Assembly: GCA_965649765.1 (NCBI GenBank)
Contig: OZ287749.1
Location: forward strand, 40,486,001-40,550,000
Reading direction: 5' to 3'
DNA: 64,000 nt
Source: Bispira polyomma
Lineage: Eukaryota
Every line of letters starts with the position of its first letter. Position 1 is the first letter of the stretch. The notes beneath the pieces were generated by a model. It saw only the letters and a program-made list of their open reading frames with translations, was not told where the DNA came from and did not search any database. Positions 12,141-24,559 of the stretch are shown piece after piece. Position numbers and translations under genes: made by a program.

Positions 12141-13974
12141 GTTTTAGTGTTTTTCACACAGCCAATTTAATGCATGATTGTATACGGTAAACAGACATGG
12201 ATCATCAGAATTTGGGAACTCCTGTATATTTTGCATTATTAAAGTGTTTACAAGTTCCAAATAGCGAAAATATTGACAAGTGGTGGAAAGGCGGCATCTG
12301 GTTTATGGCGACACTTAAATATTGGATATTAGCTGTCGGCTAGATGGAAATGGGGGCTCAGTATTTTTCTACTGATTATCACTTCCACATAGCCTTTATT
12401 TTTTCCCACAACATAGCTTTAGACAAGATATCTGAGCATAGTAGCTTTAGTCGGTAACTCTAAAGACTAACTTGCAAAAAGTAGGCAGATACTGGTATAG
12501 GTTTTTTTTCAACATTAATAACGAGTAAACTGCAGGAATAACTACTTATCTCGGCAAATTTTTTAAAAATCCCTCAAGTTAAATCATCTAAAATTGACAG
12601 CAGGCATTGAAAAACTGGTTTATGCTTGCATTCCATGCAGTTATATTTAGCCACTTCATAACAACAGGTTTCTATTACACAAGATTTAAATTTAGAACAA
12701 AGGACAATTTATATGAAGTCGCACAAAGAATTTTAAACTTAAGTCACTGCAAGAAGTGTTTTATACATTTAGAGTAATATCTAGGCCAGTAAATGCTGAA
12801 AAACATTTGTGATACTGAAAAGTCTTGTAAAATGTTTGGTCAGTTGAAAAAATATATATAAATATAAGTAAAATGTTTGACCAGTTTTTAAAGTATATAA
12901 ATTTTTGTTAATATTAAAAACTTGTGACTTCCCAAAGTGCACTGAGGAAGAAGGTAGAAGTTATCGTTTCTTTGCTAAAATAGGCACCACGCAGATGCCA
13001 CCTACAAACGCCCTTTATTTTTTTAAATTTTCAAGAAACAAAAATTCCTGTTATTCAGACTTTTCTTTTCCTTTATGCTGGTTTCACTAAAATGACATTC
13101 AAAGTTGGACTTGACATATTTGACTTTTGTACTGAATACACGGGACTGTTTTTTGGATGATCCACCCTATATGTAGCCAGCTGGTCCTGGATGTCTTGTA
13201 TTTCCCTATTCTGATCCCAGAACTCCACCCTGAGTTTAGGCTTGAGAACATTTGAGGATCCTACCACAGGTGTATACAGTCTTTACTAGACAGAGAGATA
13301 AAACGGCTCACACACCACTGATTTTCTACTACAGCTTGTAGCCAGTAGTAAAATTGTAAAATACAATCTCCCTGGTTTGAAAAGGCTTCCCTGTTTTTCT
13401 AAGGCAACATGTGCCAACAACTATTTTTCTCCCCTTCTATCTACTAGGCTGCCTGCATTTTTTTATTCCATAAGCCCAGCCCTAAAAATTTACTCAATGA
13501 GAAAAGGTGGACAGGTTTTTGTAGATTTGTAGATAGGGAGCTGAAGATGTATTCCTTTGTGTCCCTCGATTGGGGAAAAAACCCACATTAGGCAAAAAAC
13601 AGTATGCGATTCTTTTTCTTTGTTTACAGATTCATATTAATCACTTTGTGTCGAAATTGTCTTTGTCAGATAAAGTCATATTTACAGATTTAATGAATTT
13701 AGGCAGTTTCCAAAAAAAAAAATAACATTAATGTTAGAATTGGAGCAAACTGAAAAAAAATTGAACTAATCATGAAGAAAGAAAGAGTAGAATGATTTTT
13801 ATTGGGAGAGACAAAAAATTGTTACTATAATAACTTAGGAGCAGTAAAAAGTAACTTTGTTGATATTCTGGGGAGTAAAAGAAACTTTGGTTGTTAGGTT
13901 TTTCTCTCTCTCTCTGCAGGAGTTACATGCTACTGCCATGTTTAATAAATCTTAATTCACTCTCTTAAAATACA

Positions 13975-14320
13975 GGGGCCTAGTGGTTAGGGAGTTGATC
14001 TTGTGATCAGAAGGTCAGTGGTTCAACTCCTGATTAGAGAGTTGATCTTGTGATCAGAAGGTCAGTGGTTAAACTCCTGTTTAGAGAGTTGATCTTGTGA
14101 TCAGAAGGTCAGTGGTTAAACTCCTGGTAATGCCAGAATTGTCATTAGGGGACAACATCCTTCAACAAATATGAAGATGCAAATGGATGCCATTGCCTAT
14201 TGATGACAACCCATTGGCTATGTATTAGGATCATGATTACCGGTAATGGTTTCCCATTCTGATATTGTGATGCGAAAGATGCCTGGCATCAATAAGGTGT
14301 AGTAAAAATCCACAACACAA
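13975..14320 (+). mobile_element. tRNA-derived SINE family A (tail type A1) with triplicated head segment
   Basis: GGCCTAGTGGTT A box. A 47-bp unit with B box GGTT(C/A)AACTCC occurs three times (13987, 14034, 14081). Core GCCATTGCCTA.TGATGAC and tail GATGCCTGGCATCAATAAGG are shared with the 35390 and 55906 copies. Confidence 0.85.
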
Positions 14321-14684
14321 TATAAATACATGTAATTTGATCTCTGGTTATACCTAATTGATATTTTGTTTTTTGTATAACAATAATGCCTGCCAAATTC
14401 TGCAAGTGGAATATATGTCTCATTGCCTACCTTTCTAGGGTCAGAATCAAGTAATATTGAAAAATGGTAATGACACTTGTGCTCATAAATATTGAAATAA
14501 AATGTATCTTGACAAACTGCTAAGGAAACGTTAACTTTATCAACGTGCCAATCGTTTATAAATGTGAAACTTTAGCCTCTTGACTAAATCTGTGGCGTAT
14601 TAATTGCTGTTGAGGCTCTTAGCTTTCATCACACTTGGTAAAATTTTCTTATTTCCTTAAATAAAGAAAATTTGTTTTAAACTC

Positions 14685-14857
14685 TAGAACCTCTATTAAT
14701 GTGAACCTCTAATATGCAGACATAACATTTTATAAACTCATTTCAACTTACATTTTCATATTGTTTCATACATAGATACGTCTTCTATTTTCTAAGCATT
14801 CTATTATCCAAACAAAATCTTACTATCTCAACATGTTTGGAAAATAAAGGTTCACTT
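14685..14857 (+). mobile_element. MITE family M1
   Basis: TAGAACCTCTATTA start and TTTTATAAACTCATTTC..CTATTATCCAAACAAA internal motifs match 41485-41656. Confidence 0.65.
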
Positions 14858-16319
14858 CAGCTAATTCTGGAAACATTATCATATAGAAGATCCTATGATT
14901 CAAACAAACTGGTATCATCTCTTTGAACCATACAAGCTTGCAGCCATTGCTGTTCTATTTCTCAGCAATACAGAAGACCATTTTTCCTTAATTTGCATAT
15001 GACCTTATTTCGTAAAAATAGCTGTTCTACATTCAGTGATACCATTGAATAGTAAATAATGGTGCCAATAAAATATACTTTCTTTCGTTTTTTCCTGCTA
15101 GCAGTACAAGTCTGCCTTATAACGCACAGCCTTCAAAAATACTGGTACAGATGTATTTACTATTTATAGAAAAAAAAATACAAATTTACACCCGTTTGCC
15201 CCATCTTCAATGCAGGTGTTTTACCATACCTTCTGTAAAGGTAAGATAACTCAATCAGTAAATAACATATTACAAGTCTTCATTATGGGTAGAATAATTG
15301 CTTGGCAAAAAGTTAAGGTTTCTGCTTCAGATATAAAAAAACCAAGAATTAGTGCAATAACCGATAAGAGAGGCAGTTTTTTGATTATCTGACTGGACCA
15401 CAGCTTGGACTGTGAAACAAGGTAAAAAAAGGAGGGAGCTATCAAAAATATGTCACTTATCACATACTTACAACTTCAAATTATTCCTCAGTTCAAGTAC
15501 AGGCAGCGATAACACAGAAAGTCCATGTTAATCCCCAAACGCAGTAGCTGAACTGTATATTCCCTGTTTAACTTTAACAATATAAGAAGTGTACTTCTAC
15601 TTTTTTCTCAAGGAATGGTATATATGACCTATTTTACCTCTATAACTGAATGATCTACATTGTGGATTTAAATATGAAATAAAGTTGAATTTCGTCAAAC
15701 TCAGGAGAAACAAAAAAGGTAATTTAAATTGATTACATTAACAATTGGCCTTAAAACTAATATGTAAATATGTATATAATGTGGCTGGGCTTTTAAAATA
15801 GCACTGGTGTAAGCCCATTAGGGTAACCTTAGATTAAAAAAATCCATTTTTTATTATTTCTTGTTGCAAACATGCAATACATTTAAGTTTAGGGATCAAG
15901 AAATCCTGAAGATCTACATACTTTAATCAGAATGACTTCTGATACAGGGGATATGGGAAGTTGATTTTGGCCAGTACTAGGCAACACATACTTTTACTCT
16001 TCTCAATTTTTCCCTACTATTTCTGGCACTGTGATATAAGGTTCTGGACCACACCTTTGAGAGAAAAAAAGCATATTTAGTAGTAGCAGAAGTTACTACA
16101 AGTACTTGTGTGTAAACTTGTGGTAATAAGTGATACGGATTGTGTAGTCTACACGTTTTCATACCCTGGTATTCTTGAAGATTCCTGGTCCTAAAGCTTG
16201 GCCTCTGAGGTAACCCAATTTACTACAGCTATTTTGCAATATCTTTGAGTTGAGACAAACTGACAAAAAATATAAAAATAACATAACATGTTTTTCAAAG
16301 GCTAACACCCAAGGATATA

Positions 16320-16485
16320 TAACTGCCTGAGAGGCCAACTCTATAGAGAGACTACCTCTGTATAAAAGACCAGTTCCATTTATCAAGGCTACTGTTTAAA
16401 TAATATTCAACCTCTGCATAAAGACCACCTGTCAATAAAGAACATTGTGTGGTCGTTATATTAATTATATACAAATTTCACTGCA
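16320..16485 (+). mobile_element. pogo-like MITE family M3 (GACCACCT-repeat type)
   Basis: Reverse complement of 18688-18805 (TTTAAATAATATTCAACCTCT..ATAAAGACCACC). Ends TTTCACTGCA. Confidence 0.65.
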
Positions 16486-16496
16486 ACACAAAAAAT

Positions 16497-16775
16497 GACC
16501 TATTTGTATATATATTAACTATAAACACATAACTACCTATTAATACGTCAATAATTAGCACTGGTAATTACCACTGGTAACACATAACTACCTACTAATA
16601 CGTCAATAATTAGCACCTGAAATTACTACTGGTAACACATAACTACCTAATAATACGTCAATAATTACCACTGGCAAGGAGGTTATGATTTTGACCTATT
16701 TAGAGATATATAACTATAAATACACATCTAACTATTAATATGTAAATAATTACCACTGGCAAGGAGGTTATGATT
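16497..16775. repeat. Nested tandem duplication: 55-bp unit x3 inside a ~196-bp period duplication at a HINE junction
   Basis: ACACATAACTACCTA at 16525, 16580, 16635. GACCTATTT at 16497 and 16693. CCACTGGCAAGGAGGTTATGATTT occurs twice. Confidence 0.85.
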
Positions 16776-16905
16776 TCAACTTTGTCCATTGATTGATTTG
16801 AATTGTCACCAAATTTACACAAAAACTACTACACTGATTTACATGAAACTTGATGGAGGGATTTAGCATGGGCCAATAACAATCCAAGTTTAAAGTGGAT
16901 CTGAA
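16749..16905 (+). mobile_element. HINE-like family H2, 5' part
   Basis: TTACCACTGGCAAGGAGGTTATG..GTCCATTG..ACAAAAACTAC..GAAACTTG..CATGGGCCAA, colinear with 5187-5350. Confidence 0.65.
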
Positions 16906-17283
16906 GAAGCAATTCCAGTACTTTTTTCTCACTGTTTTGGCACTGGGGGTACCTTTAGCCAAGTTGTCCATTCTATAGAGGGGCCATCTAGTTTCGATAT
17001 GTATTTTTCTGATATTTGTATTCTACTGAAACAGTTGACAGGAATAATGTTACCTGACAGACAGAGCTGGGTAGATAGTTTGGTGGCTCTTGGATATTCC
17101 TTCCTTCTTCTATAATAGTTCAGAGAGTCACTGGAAACAATAGCCTCCCAACTCATTATAACTGGCTCTGATGTGCAGATTAAGGTACAATCTTTACCTT
17201 TATAAAAATTTCCACAAGGCATAATTCTTTAAATCTGACAGTTTCCATATTCATCATTGCAAAATAGAACTTTTCATGTGTAA

Positions 17284-17361
17284 TACCTCAATATTTCTTC
17301 CTATCCTATTGTAATAATTTTACCTCAATATTTCTTCCTATCCTATTTTAATAATTTTACC
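17284..17361. repeat. 37-bp tandem duplication
   Basis: TACCTCAATATTTCTTCCTATCCTATT at 17284 and 17321. Confidence 0.9.
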
Positions 17362-18239
17362 AACAACATCTAGTCATTCAGAAGTCAATCACTCACAGAA
17401 TCATTGTGTATTTTTTGTATCTGAAATACACAAAGTATATCAAAACATCCATATGAAAGATAAAAAGTGTCTTCGTAATGAGGTGCTATATGAACAGAAA
17501 TTCAAAAAGGAAATCTGAGCCATTGTAGATTTAAAGAAGTAGTCTTGATAGATCTAGGTGGTCTGGTTTTCAAAGACAGTAGTTTACACAGGTTTCACTG
17601 TCATTACAAGCAATAAACAGTAGTTTGGTAGTAAATAATTCTATTTCGAAAATTACTGCATTTCAAAATAAATGTATTGAAAGAAACAATGAATTTGTTT
17701 CAAAATTTAAAACAAGAACAAACTAATTAAGTCTTTTCAGTCTAAATTAAAATTTAAGTTTCCATTAAATAATACAACTCCGAAACACACATCCAAGTTA
17801 CGGACGCAAAATGAACATGTGGAAACATGAATTGGGTTTTTTTCAAACAATTAGAGGATTCCACTGAAACAATTGCCAATTTTCTTTTATCATATACTAG
17901 TTTATCTACATCTCCTGCTCCGAATCTTTGTAGATGTTTTAATAAGAAGGAAAGATATAGACAGAAAACACACACACATAGGTAGCCAGGTACTTACTAC
18001 AACCTTTCAGCCAATTTGTATGCCATTCATGGAGTGTAATCAAGTGTTCCCTGGCACACAGCTCTACTTTATGGTTTGCCAAATAAATTTTGCATCAAAA
18101 GTGTCAGAAACCTCCAAGAGGGAGGCCTCACTAGTCTTGTGCAGGCTTATACTAGTCGCATCTCATTTCATGGCATATCAAGGTAACTTAGGTTTGCTTC
18201 ATCAAATATGCCCCATGGGCCATGACTAAAATCAACTAA

Positions 18240-18640
18240 AATCAAATAATACTACAAAGATAAAGCAAAGCCTTGTTTCAAACCTTATATTTTCTGAAAT
18301 CTTTCTTCCTATATGTCTATACCTGTAAAAATATTTTCCACATTATCCACTTTTTATTAAAGATATCGGTTTGAGTTTTTTGTTCTACAAATTTTCTTTT
18401 TTTCTTCCTTCTGCAAGTAATAGATATTAAGTAGAAAGTTTTTCTTAGAGCACCAATAGATATATCTTCTTGTTATCAAAAGTATCAAGTTCAATGGCCA
18501 AAAATGTCTGTCTAAAGATAGATAGCCAAGTAGTTTCATAGAGTTGCTCATTATAAAATGTATTCCGAGCTTATTTGCGATCCATTGTCTAACATTTTCC
18601 CATAGTTGAACTACTTGTGTGCAATAACAAAACATACTAA
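18240..18640 (-). mobile_element. 5'-truncated L1/Tx1-clade LINE remnant (ORF2 C-terminus)
   Basis: Translation FCYCTQVVQLWENVRQWI...PLNLILLITRRYIYWCSK, then after a frameshift KKWIMWK, matches the pattern after the zf-RVT region of L1/Tx1 ORF2 (FxxCxxVxxLW; NxxxLxxKxYIY; terminal KW). Confidence 0.75.
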
Positions 18641-18687
18641 AATCAACTCTTAACCACACTTTAATAAAATCAAGGGAACCCTCAAAA

Positions 18688-18805
18688 GTGGTGGTCTTTA
18701 TATAGAGGTTGAATATTATTTAAACATTAGTTTTGGGAAATGAAAGTCTGGCTATATAGAGGTGGTCTCTCTATAGAGGTGGTCTCTCGGGCAGGTATGA
18801 CTGTA
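18688..18805 (-). mobile_element. MITE family M3, one terminus
   Basis: Repeated AGAGGTGGTCTCT, ending GCAGGTATGACTGTA. Inverted homolog of 16320-16485. Confidence 0.7.
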
Positions 18806-19029
18806 TCTGTATTAGATGTTGTCAGATGGGTTTTAAGAAAGTAGGTAGGTAGCTTTTACATATGGTCAAAAAAATGAATGTATTAATAACACAAAAAGAA
18901 CAATAATTTCTCTGATAGAAGAAGTTAGTTTCTACAAAATTGACCAAATCTTATGACAATATGAGTAACATTAAAATGTGGTATGAACTGCACCATTATA
19001 CAGTTTGCTGCATATGATGCATGAGATGT

Positions 19030-19245
19030 GTGACCCTTCCCACCTTGTTAACCCAGGTGTATAAATGGGTATCTGGCCGCTAATGGGTGTTAGTCTTTGT
19101 GCACTGTGTGTGGCAGCATGGCCAATATGCTTCCTGAGGGAACTGAGAGTGAACAATTGGTTGAACAAGTGGAAGAACCCAGGCTTGGGTGTACATTGTA
19201 AAGTCAGATGAGACCTCAATATGGGAAATATTGGACTGTAAACCT
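19030..19245 (+). mobile_element. SINE family C body/tail fragment (CORE-like)
   Basis: ACCCAGGTGTATAAATGGGTATCTGGCCGCTAATGG matches ACCAAGGTGTATAAAAAGGTTCCTGGCCACTAATGG in the 21069 copy. Confidence 0.6.
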
Positions 19246-21068
19246 ACACATATAACCTACCCACAGTACACAGCAATTTACATGATTGGTTTTGAATAAG
19301 GTGCCAAAACTCAGTTGACATATTTCACAAAGTCTAGCCCAGAGGTTTACTGGATCTGGATAACACAATATACTGCCAGAACTATATGTCATAATATGCC
19401 CTTAAAAGGCCAAATAATTGGTGCAGTACTCAATTTGCTGAAATCTTCGGCATCCAAAAGTAAATCTCTGTTTATGTGGTAGGGTAACCACAGTATAAGA
19501 CCATAGTATACTTGACTTTTCACAAAATATCTCCATAAGGCATGACTCATTCATCTTGTGGTCAGTCTTACATTTAAACCAACTTACATCAATCAAGAAT
19601 GTATGCCACTGTATGCCTGCAGCCACAATGTTTTATCTTTCTCTCCTTGTACTGTATATATTCCTTATTGCCCCTTTGAGAGGATACCCAAACCTTTTAG
19701 CCTTAACTAGACCCAGATTTAAATAACTTAGCCCAGCAAGGTCACTTGCCTGAGGTGATGATACCATTTATAGAAGTCATTTCTTTGAAATGAAATAAAT
19801 ATGTTTTGTACAAATACTTAAATTAGACAAACAAGTTTGACAAAAACTAGGCACTTTTATGAATGTAACATAATTGGTAAATCTAAAAGTACCTACTACC
19901 CATATAAAAAATACTCTAATTTGGCCTACATAAATAACACATTTGCAACAGATACTACTGGACAGCTCCCAAGGATTTTGGTAATTCTGAATTACATCAA
20001 GTTGAATCAGTTTTATAACCTTAAGGAGAATGTACCACATTCCCTTTGAGTTTGAACGCTGTACTAAGTCAAAAAGAGCATTATTCACATATATATAATA
20101 AACCTAAGGAATATTAGTCAACATGGCCTGAAACTCTCAATAGTTCCAGAATGCCATCATTCCTGAAAAGAAAATGTCACCAGAATATTCTGTAAAAAAA
20201 TATGTTCTTTTAAACACATATCTGAGTATTTTTCATCAGCCTTAATTTTAAACCTGTCAACATCATAGTCATTTAAGAATGTTGATACATGTATATGTAT
20301 GTATAGGGTAGACTCCCTACAACTAGAATCAGTACATGAAGCCAAATGTCTTTAATTTGGTATATAAGTTGTAGTAGTCATAACCAGAATTAACTCCTGT
20401 AGATATTGGATATTCTCATCATACAGATTCTACTGTTTTATGACTGAGTTTTCAAATGTTATCAAATTACATTTTACGTTTGCAAAGTATAAAGTTTGTC
20501 AACACTAAAACTTCAACAGATTGTCTCATTCGCAATACAGGATTTGGAAAGCGGACATAATTCCAATTTATCACTTTTCTATTTTACAAATTATAGAGAA
20601 TAGCTTAAAGATGAGCCAATTTCCTATGATGTAACAAGCACTTCACTGACAAGTATTCTGTCATATGACTCACATGAAATTGTAGCTTTTCTACCAGACT
20701 ACTATTGATTACAGTTGTTCATAATGGTTTAGAAATCTAAAAAAAGAATTCATGCAATGCAGGTTACTAAGTTACATCAATGTGGGTGTTATAAGTGACC
20801 AGTTTGTGTCACCAAAAATAATCACTGATAAGCAGTTTACACTGAAAGAGTACAAATGGGGCAGAATGAGTTTGAATAAAAATAATAATGATGTATTACC
20901 AACGCGAGAGTATACAGCTGTGACATATTTCAATTTTTCTTCAGAAATAAACCTATAAACAAGTTATTCAAATACAGTTATTCAAACTATGTGTAACAAA
21001 ATATTGTTACTTTATGGTGACTGGTGGTAATATATATTAATACTGTGGTGGTAATACTTTATGGTAAT

Positions 21069-21325
21069 CTGTGGCCTAGTGGTGAGAGTGTCTGACTTTG
21101 GATCTGAGGGTCCAGCGCCTGTATTCACGAAGGGACTTCGCCAAGTCTTAAGCTTAACTCTGTATACTTTTGTGCTAGATTTAAGCCCAAGACCTGGGTA
21201 AGTCCCTTCATGAATATGGCCCCTGGTTCTACCTGGCTTGGAGATTGTACTTTTGGAGAAGGTACTTTACACAAAGTTATGTCTCTCCACCAAGGTGTAT
21301 AAAAAGGTTCCTGGCCACTAATGGT
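21069..21325 (+). mobile_element. SINE family C (tRNA-Arg-like head, CORE-like body) interrupted by a MITE
   Basis: GTGGCCTAGTGG A box and GTCTGACTTTGGATCTGA anticodon arm resembling tRNA-Arg. B box GGTTCTACC resumes after the insertion, followed by a TGTACTTTTGGAGAAGGTACTTTAC CORE-like segment. Confidence 0.7.
21116..21222. mobile_element. 107-bp foldback MITE, PIF/Harbinger-like
   Basis: TIRs GTATTCACGAAGGGACTT / AAGTCCCTTCATGAATAT, with pairing over most of the element. Flanked by CAG and CTG. Confidence 0.8.
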
Positions 21326-21391
21326 TCTTTGCGCTTACATTAATGGAATCGGTTATCATAGTCTTTCCTTCCTCAATAGCGAAAGGGTTAA

Positions 21392-21700
21392 AGCCCCTGT
21401 CCCACATACCAGGAAGTACAATGTTGTGTGGTTGTAGTAAGGTGGAGATAAGGCAGACATTGTAGTCATTGCAAATTTACAGAAATTACAAGGTTATTTG
21501 GGCGATTTTGTCAAAATCATCCAAGATTACTCAAGAAAACTCATGATTACGTCATGAATTGCAATAGCGATACCCACATGATTGTCACACCATTACTTAG
21601 CTATACGACGGTTCAGACATAATTGTGGCCATACCAAAGGTTGTTCAGGGTTCTCTACGGTTTCATCCAAGAATGTCCTAAGATTACTGAGATAGCTAAG
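21392..21700 (+). mobile_element. Degraded PIF/Harbinger-like non-autonomous fragment
   Basis: AGCCCCTGTCCCACA terminus-like motif, followed by short-period repetitive sequence. A similar start occurs at 45087. Confidence 0.3.
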
Positions 21701-21779
21701 TCAGGGTTAACTCTGGCTCCGATTCTTTAAAATGTGGGGCTAAGGCTTAACATATGAATACGACAAAATGTGACAAAAA

Positions 21780-21838
21780 TGTTTATAAAATCAAATATTT
21801 GGATAATAGAAGGTCAGATAATAGAGGTTCTATTGTAT
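21780..21838 (-). mobile_element. MITE family M1 terminus
   Basis: GGATAATAGAAGGTCAGATAATAGAGGTTCTATTGTA. Confidence 0.6.
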
Positions 21839-22858
21839 ATCACCAGTATTGTAACCTAGAGTTAACCAATGCTATACCTGCCTCCTATACTAGCTGAATT
21901 AGACACATTCTGGTTACGGCAAAATTGTATTTTTTAAAACTTATTAAAAAAATAAAAAGCTTATTAATAATTATAAGTATAAATTTGTTACGAAAGAAAG
22001 ACACAACTAAGAGGGTGACAGCTTGAGCTATTACTAGTACGTTCACAAAGATATGACTTGTGCACTTAAGTGGACTGCCAAAGACAAGTTTTTAGTATAT
22101 CACACTGTTCTGATACAGATGCCTTATGGTTGTTTGATATGGTAGATCACATGACGAGAGAACATGACTCAGAGCCAAACTGTCCAAATCAGAAACCTAT
22201 GAAGAAACTCAGAATCAGGTGTCTTTGAAGATTTTTTCCCTTTAAGATTTTGGCAAGAGGTGGACCATAGCTCTTGTCTGCGAGGTGATTATGTGATAGG
22301 TTCTTGGGTTATAAACAAGACAAGACCACTTCTCATTCTAAAGTTAAGCCTTTTTTCTTCACTCACTTGAGCTAATTAACACAGTGATAAAGGTTTCACC
22401 AGTTTTAGTGTTTCCTAAAAGTACTCCAGTGGAAATAATCAACTAAGGCCAAATGAAGCTTTCCCTGAAGGCTGAACACGCTTTGTTATATTTTTGAATT
22501 TTAGAACTCCACGAAAAAATATGTGTTTCAAATCATGACAAATAGTCTCAGTTTCTTCTATGTTCATCTCAACTAATGAGCATCCATTTTAACTCAAGAG
22601 CCAAAAGTTTTTACCAACCTTACACCAATGTAACACAAAGTACATGTACTGCCTTAATTGGTACAACATTCATATACAACGATCATCCAACGTTTATACA
22701 ACAAAGAGTCCTATTTACGACCATGCTTCCACTGGGATAATCATGAAACAATGTATAATATTCTGATCTGTCTGTTTCTGATTGAAGATGAAGTGCCCGT
22801 AGTAGACCCTCCTAGTGTCATGATGCATTTGTTACATGAACATGGGAACATGTTTTCC

Positions 22859-23217
22859 GGCCTGGTTCCATGTGAGCAACGCTGATAGGCGACAGGCAAT
22901 GCCAGGCGATTTTTTTGGTACTAGGAGCGAAAAAAATCGCCTGGCATTGCTCGTCGCCTTGTAAACATTACCGTTTTTTTTTAAATAACTCAAAAATTAC
23001 TGAAGGTATAAATTTTCTGAAAATATGGTTAGAAAGCTTTTTTTATCGGGCATATTGTGCTTTTTGTTGAATCAAAGTCGGTTGAGAAATAGCTAAGATA
23101 TTCAGGTTTAAATACAAGTATCGATTTTTCTTAAATAATTGTATAGAAACATAAAAAATGAAAATTGCCTGTTATATGTCGGCTGGTCGCCTCAGAAAGT
23201 TACCTGCATGGAAACAC
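22859..23217. mobile_element. PIF/Harbinger-like non-autonomous element with an internal 30-bp hairpin
   Basis: Left end GGCCTGGTTCCATGTGAGCAAC..AGGCGAC; right end GTCGCCT..TTACCTGCATGGAAAC. Internal arms 22887-22916 and 22930-22959 are 28/30 complementary. Related fragment at 32785. Confidence 0.7.
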
Positions 23218-23297
23218 ATATCTACATGTTGATGGTTAAAATATACCTACATGTTGATGGTAAAGACATACCTACATGTTAATGGTAAATACATACA
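23217..23297. repeat. ~26-bp minisatellite x3
   Basis: ATACCTACATGTTGATGGTAAA-type unit three times. Confidence 0.85.
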
Positions 23298-23641
23298 TCA
23301 AATCTGACTCTTATTTGTTGAAGCGTAAATGAAGATGTAAATTTCAGATTTTTTCATCACAGAAGGAATGTATGTAACAAAGAATTACGAATTGTTCTGA
23401 AAAGTTGGAGCTCTACACAAATAGTATGAAATAATGGACCACAGCTTAAAGATATAGGATCTTCCTTGAACATTTCTTTGGAAGATTTTCAATAGCATGT
23501 CAAACAAACTTTGTTTATAGTGGACAGATTTAACAACACTTTCACAGGAATCTCAAGTACCTCTCACAGGAAAACCTCCACAGATTGGTTATTCCACTTT
23601 AGATAAACTACCTTTTAGTCAGTCTTTATAATAGTAATTAA

Positions 23642-23880
23642 CCCCTTCACCACCAATGGAGAGTAATTCTACTATACCTAGGTTTTCCCCTTGGTTTTAC
23701 CAAGGTTTTACTTTGACACACTTAGATGACATCACAAATACATCAAAAAATTAAAACATATATATTTCTTCATGTTAAAAGCAGTGTACCTAATAGATTT
23801 TATTCCTATGTGCTGAGGGAGCTATACAATAATATTTTATACCGTCCACTGCTGGTCCGACGGACAATGTCGTCAAGGGG
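23642..23880. mobile_element. piggyBac-like MITE
   Basis: TTAA|CCCCTT...AAGGGG|TTAA: a TTAA duplication around CCC..GGG termini, with ~13-bp imperfect TIRs. Confidence 0.6.
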
Positions 23881-24559
23881 TTAATGTCTTTGAGGTAATA
23901 ATGGCCGTAAAATCATCTTGCAGTTGAAGCTGCTAACTTTTGATGATAAATTGCAAATGTATTGGGAATCTAGGCCATGGTTTAATTCTGGCCAATAAAT
24001 GTCACAAGAGAAAATACCATACACATGAGGTCACTACTGAAGATTGTCATAGAGTATGTTATACATATAAGTAAATGTGCATTAAAAAGATGTTACATCA
24101 AAAAGCAATACGAAAATGTAAAAAGTGATTGACAAGACCTAGTTGAAATTATATATATAATTTAAACCGAATATCAATGATACATGAGGATACAATCTAT
24201 TGTTGCATGGTCACCATCAGTATTTTACCTTATTTAAATAAACAGGCTATCATTGCAAATACAAAAAAAAAAGATTATTTGTTGAAATATCTTCTCAGAT
24301 AAACAGAAAGTACTGAACAAGACAAACATGTGAATATCATCATGTGTTCAGTTTATCACAGGCTCATTGTTTCACAATAACTGTGAAGATAGGCCTAGTT
24401 AATTATGTGAAGGTTTGTGTTAACTTTATTGTTAAAAACACTATTATTAAAACTTGTATTTTAAATTTATTAAAATATTTGACATATTCCTGTGTACACG
24501 AGACACATAATGCACACATGGCATGCTCGCTAAATGTACAAGTAAGCAGTTGGCTTGAT

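Noticed and set aside
12288-13003. DNA transposon bounded by AGGCGGCATCTG / CAGATGCCACCT
   Set aside because: Only a 12-bp imperfect inverted match, with no TSD and no second copy, which is insufficient support.
16929-17222. 97-aa - strand ORF / 77-nt exon-like segment at 17054-17130
   Set aside because: No recognisable homology, weak pyrimidine tract, and no supporting neighbouring exons.
17873-18229. Longest ORF in the track (118 aa)
   Set aside because: Non-ATG start, no domain motif, and composition typical of random AT-rich DNA.
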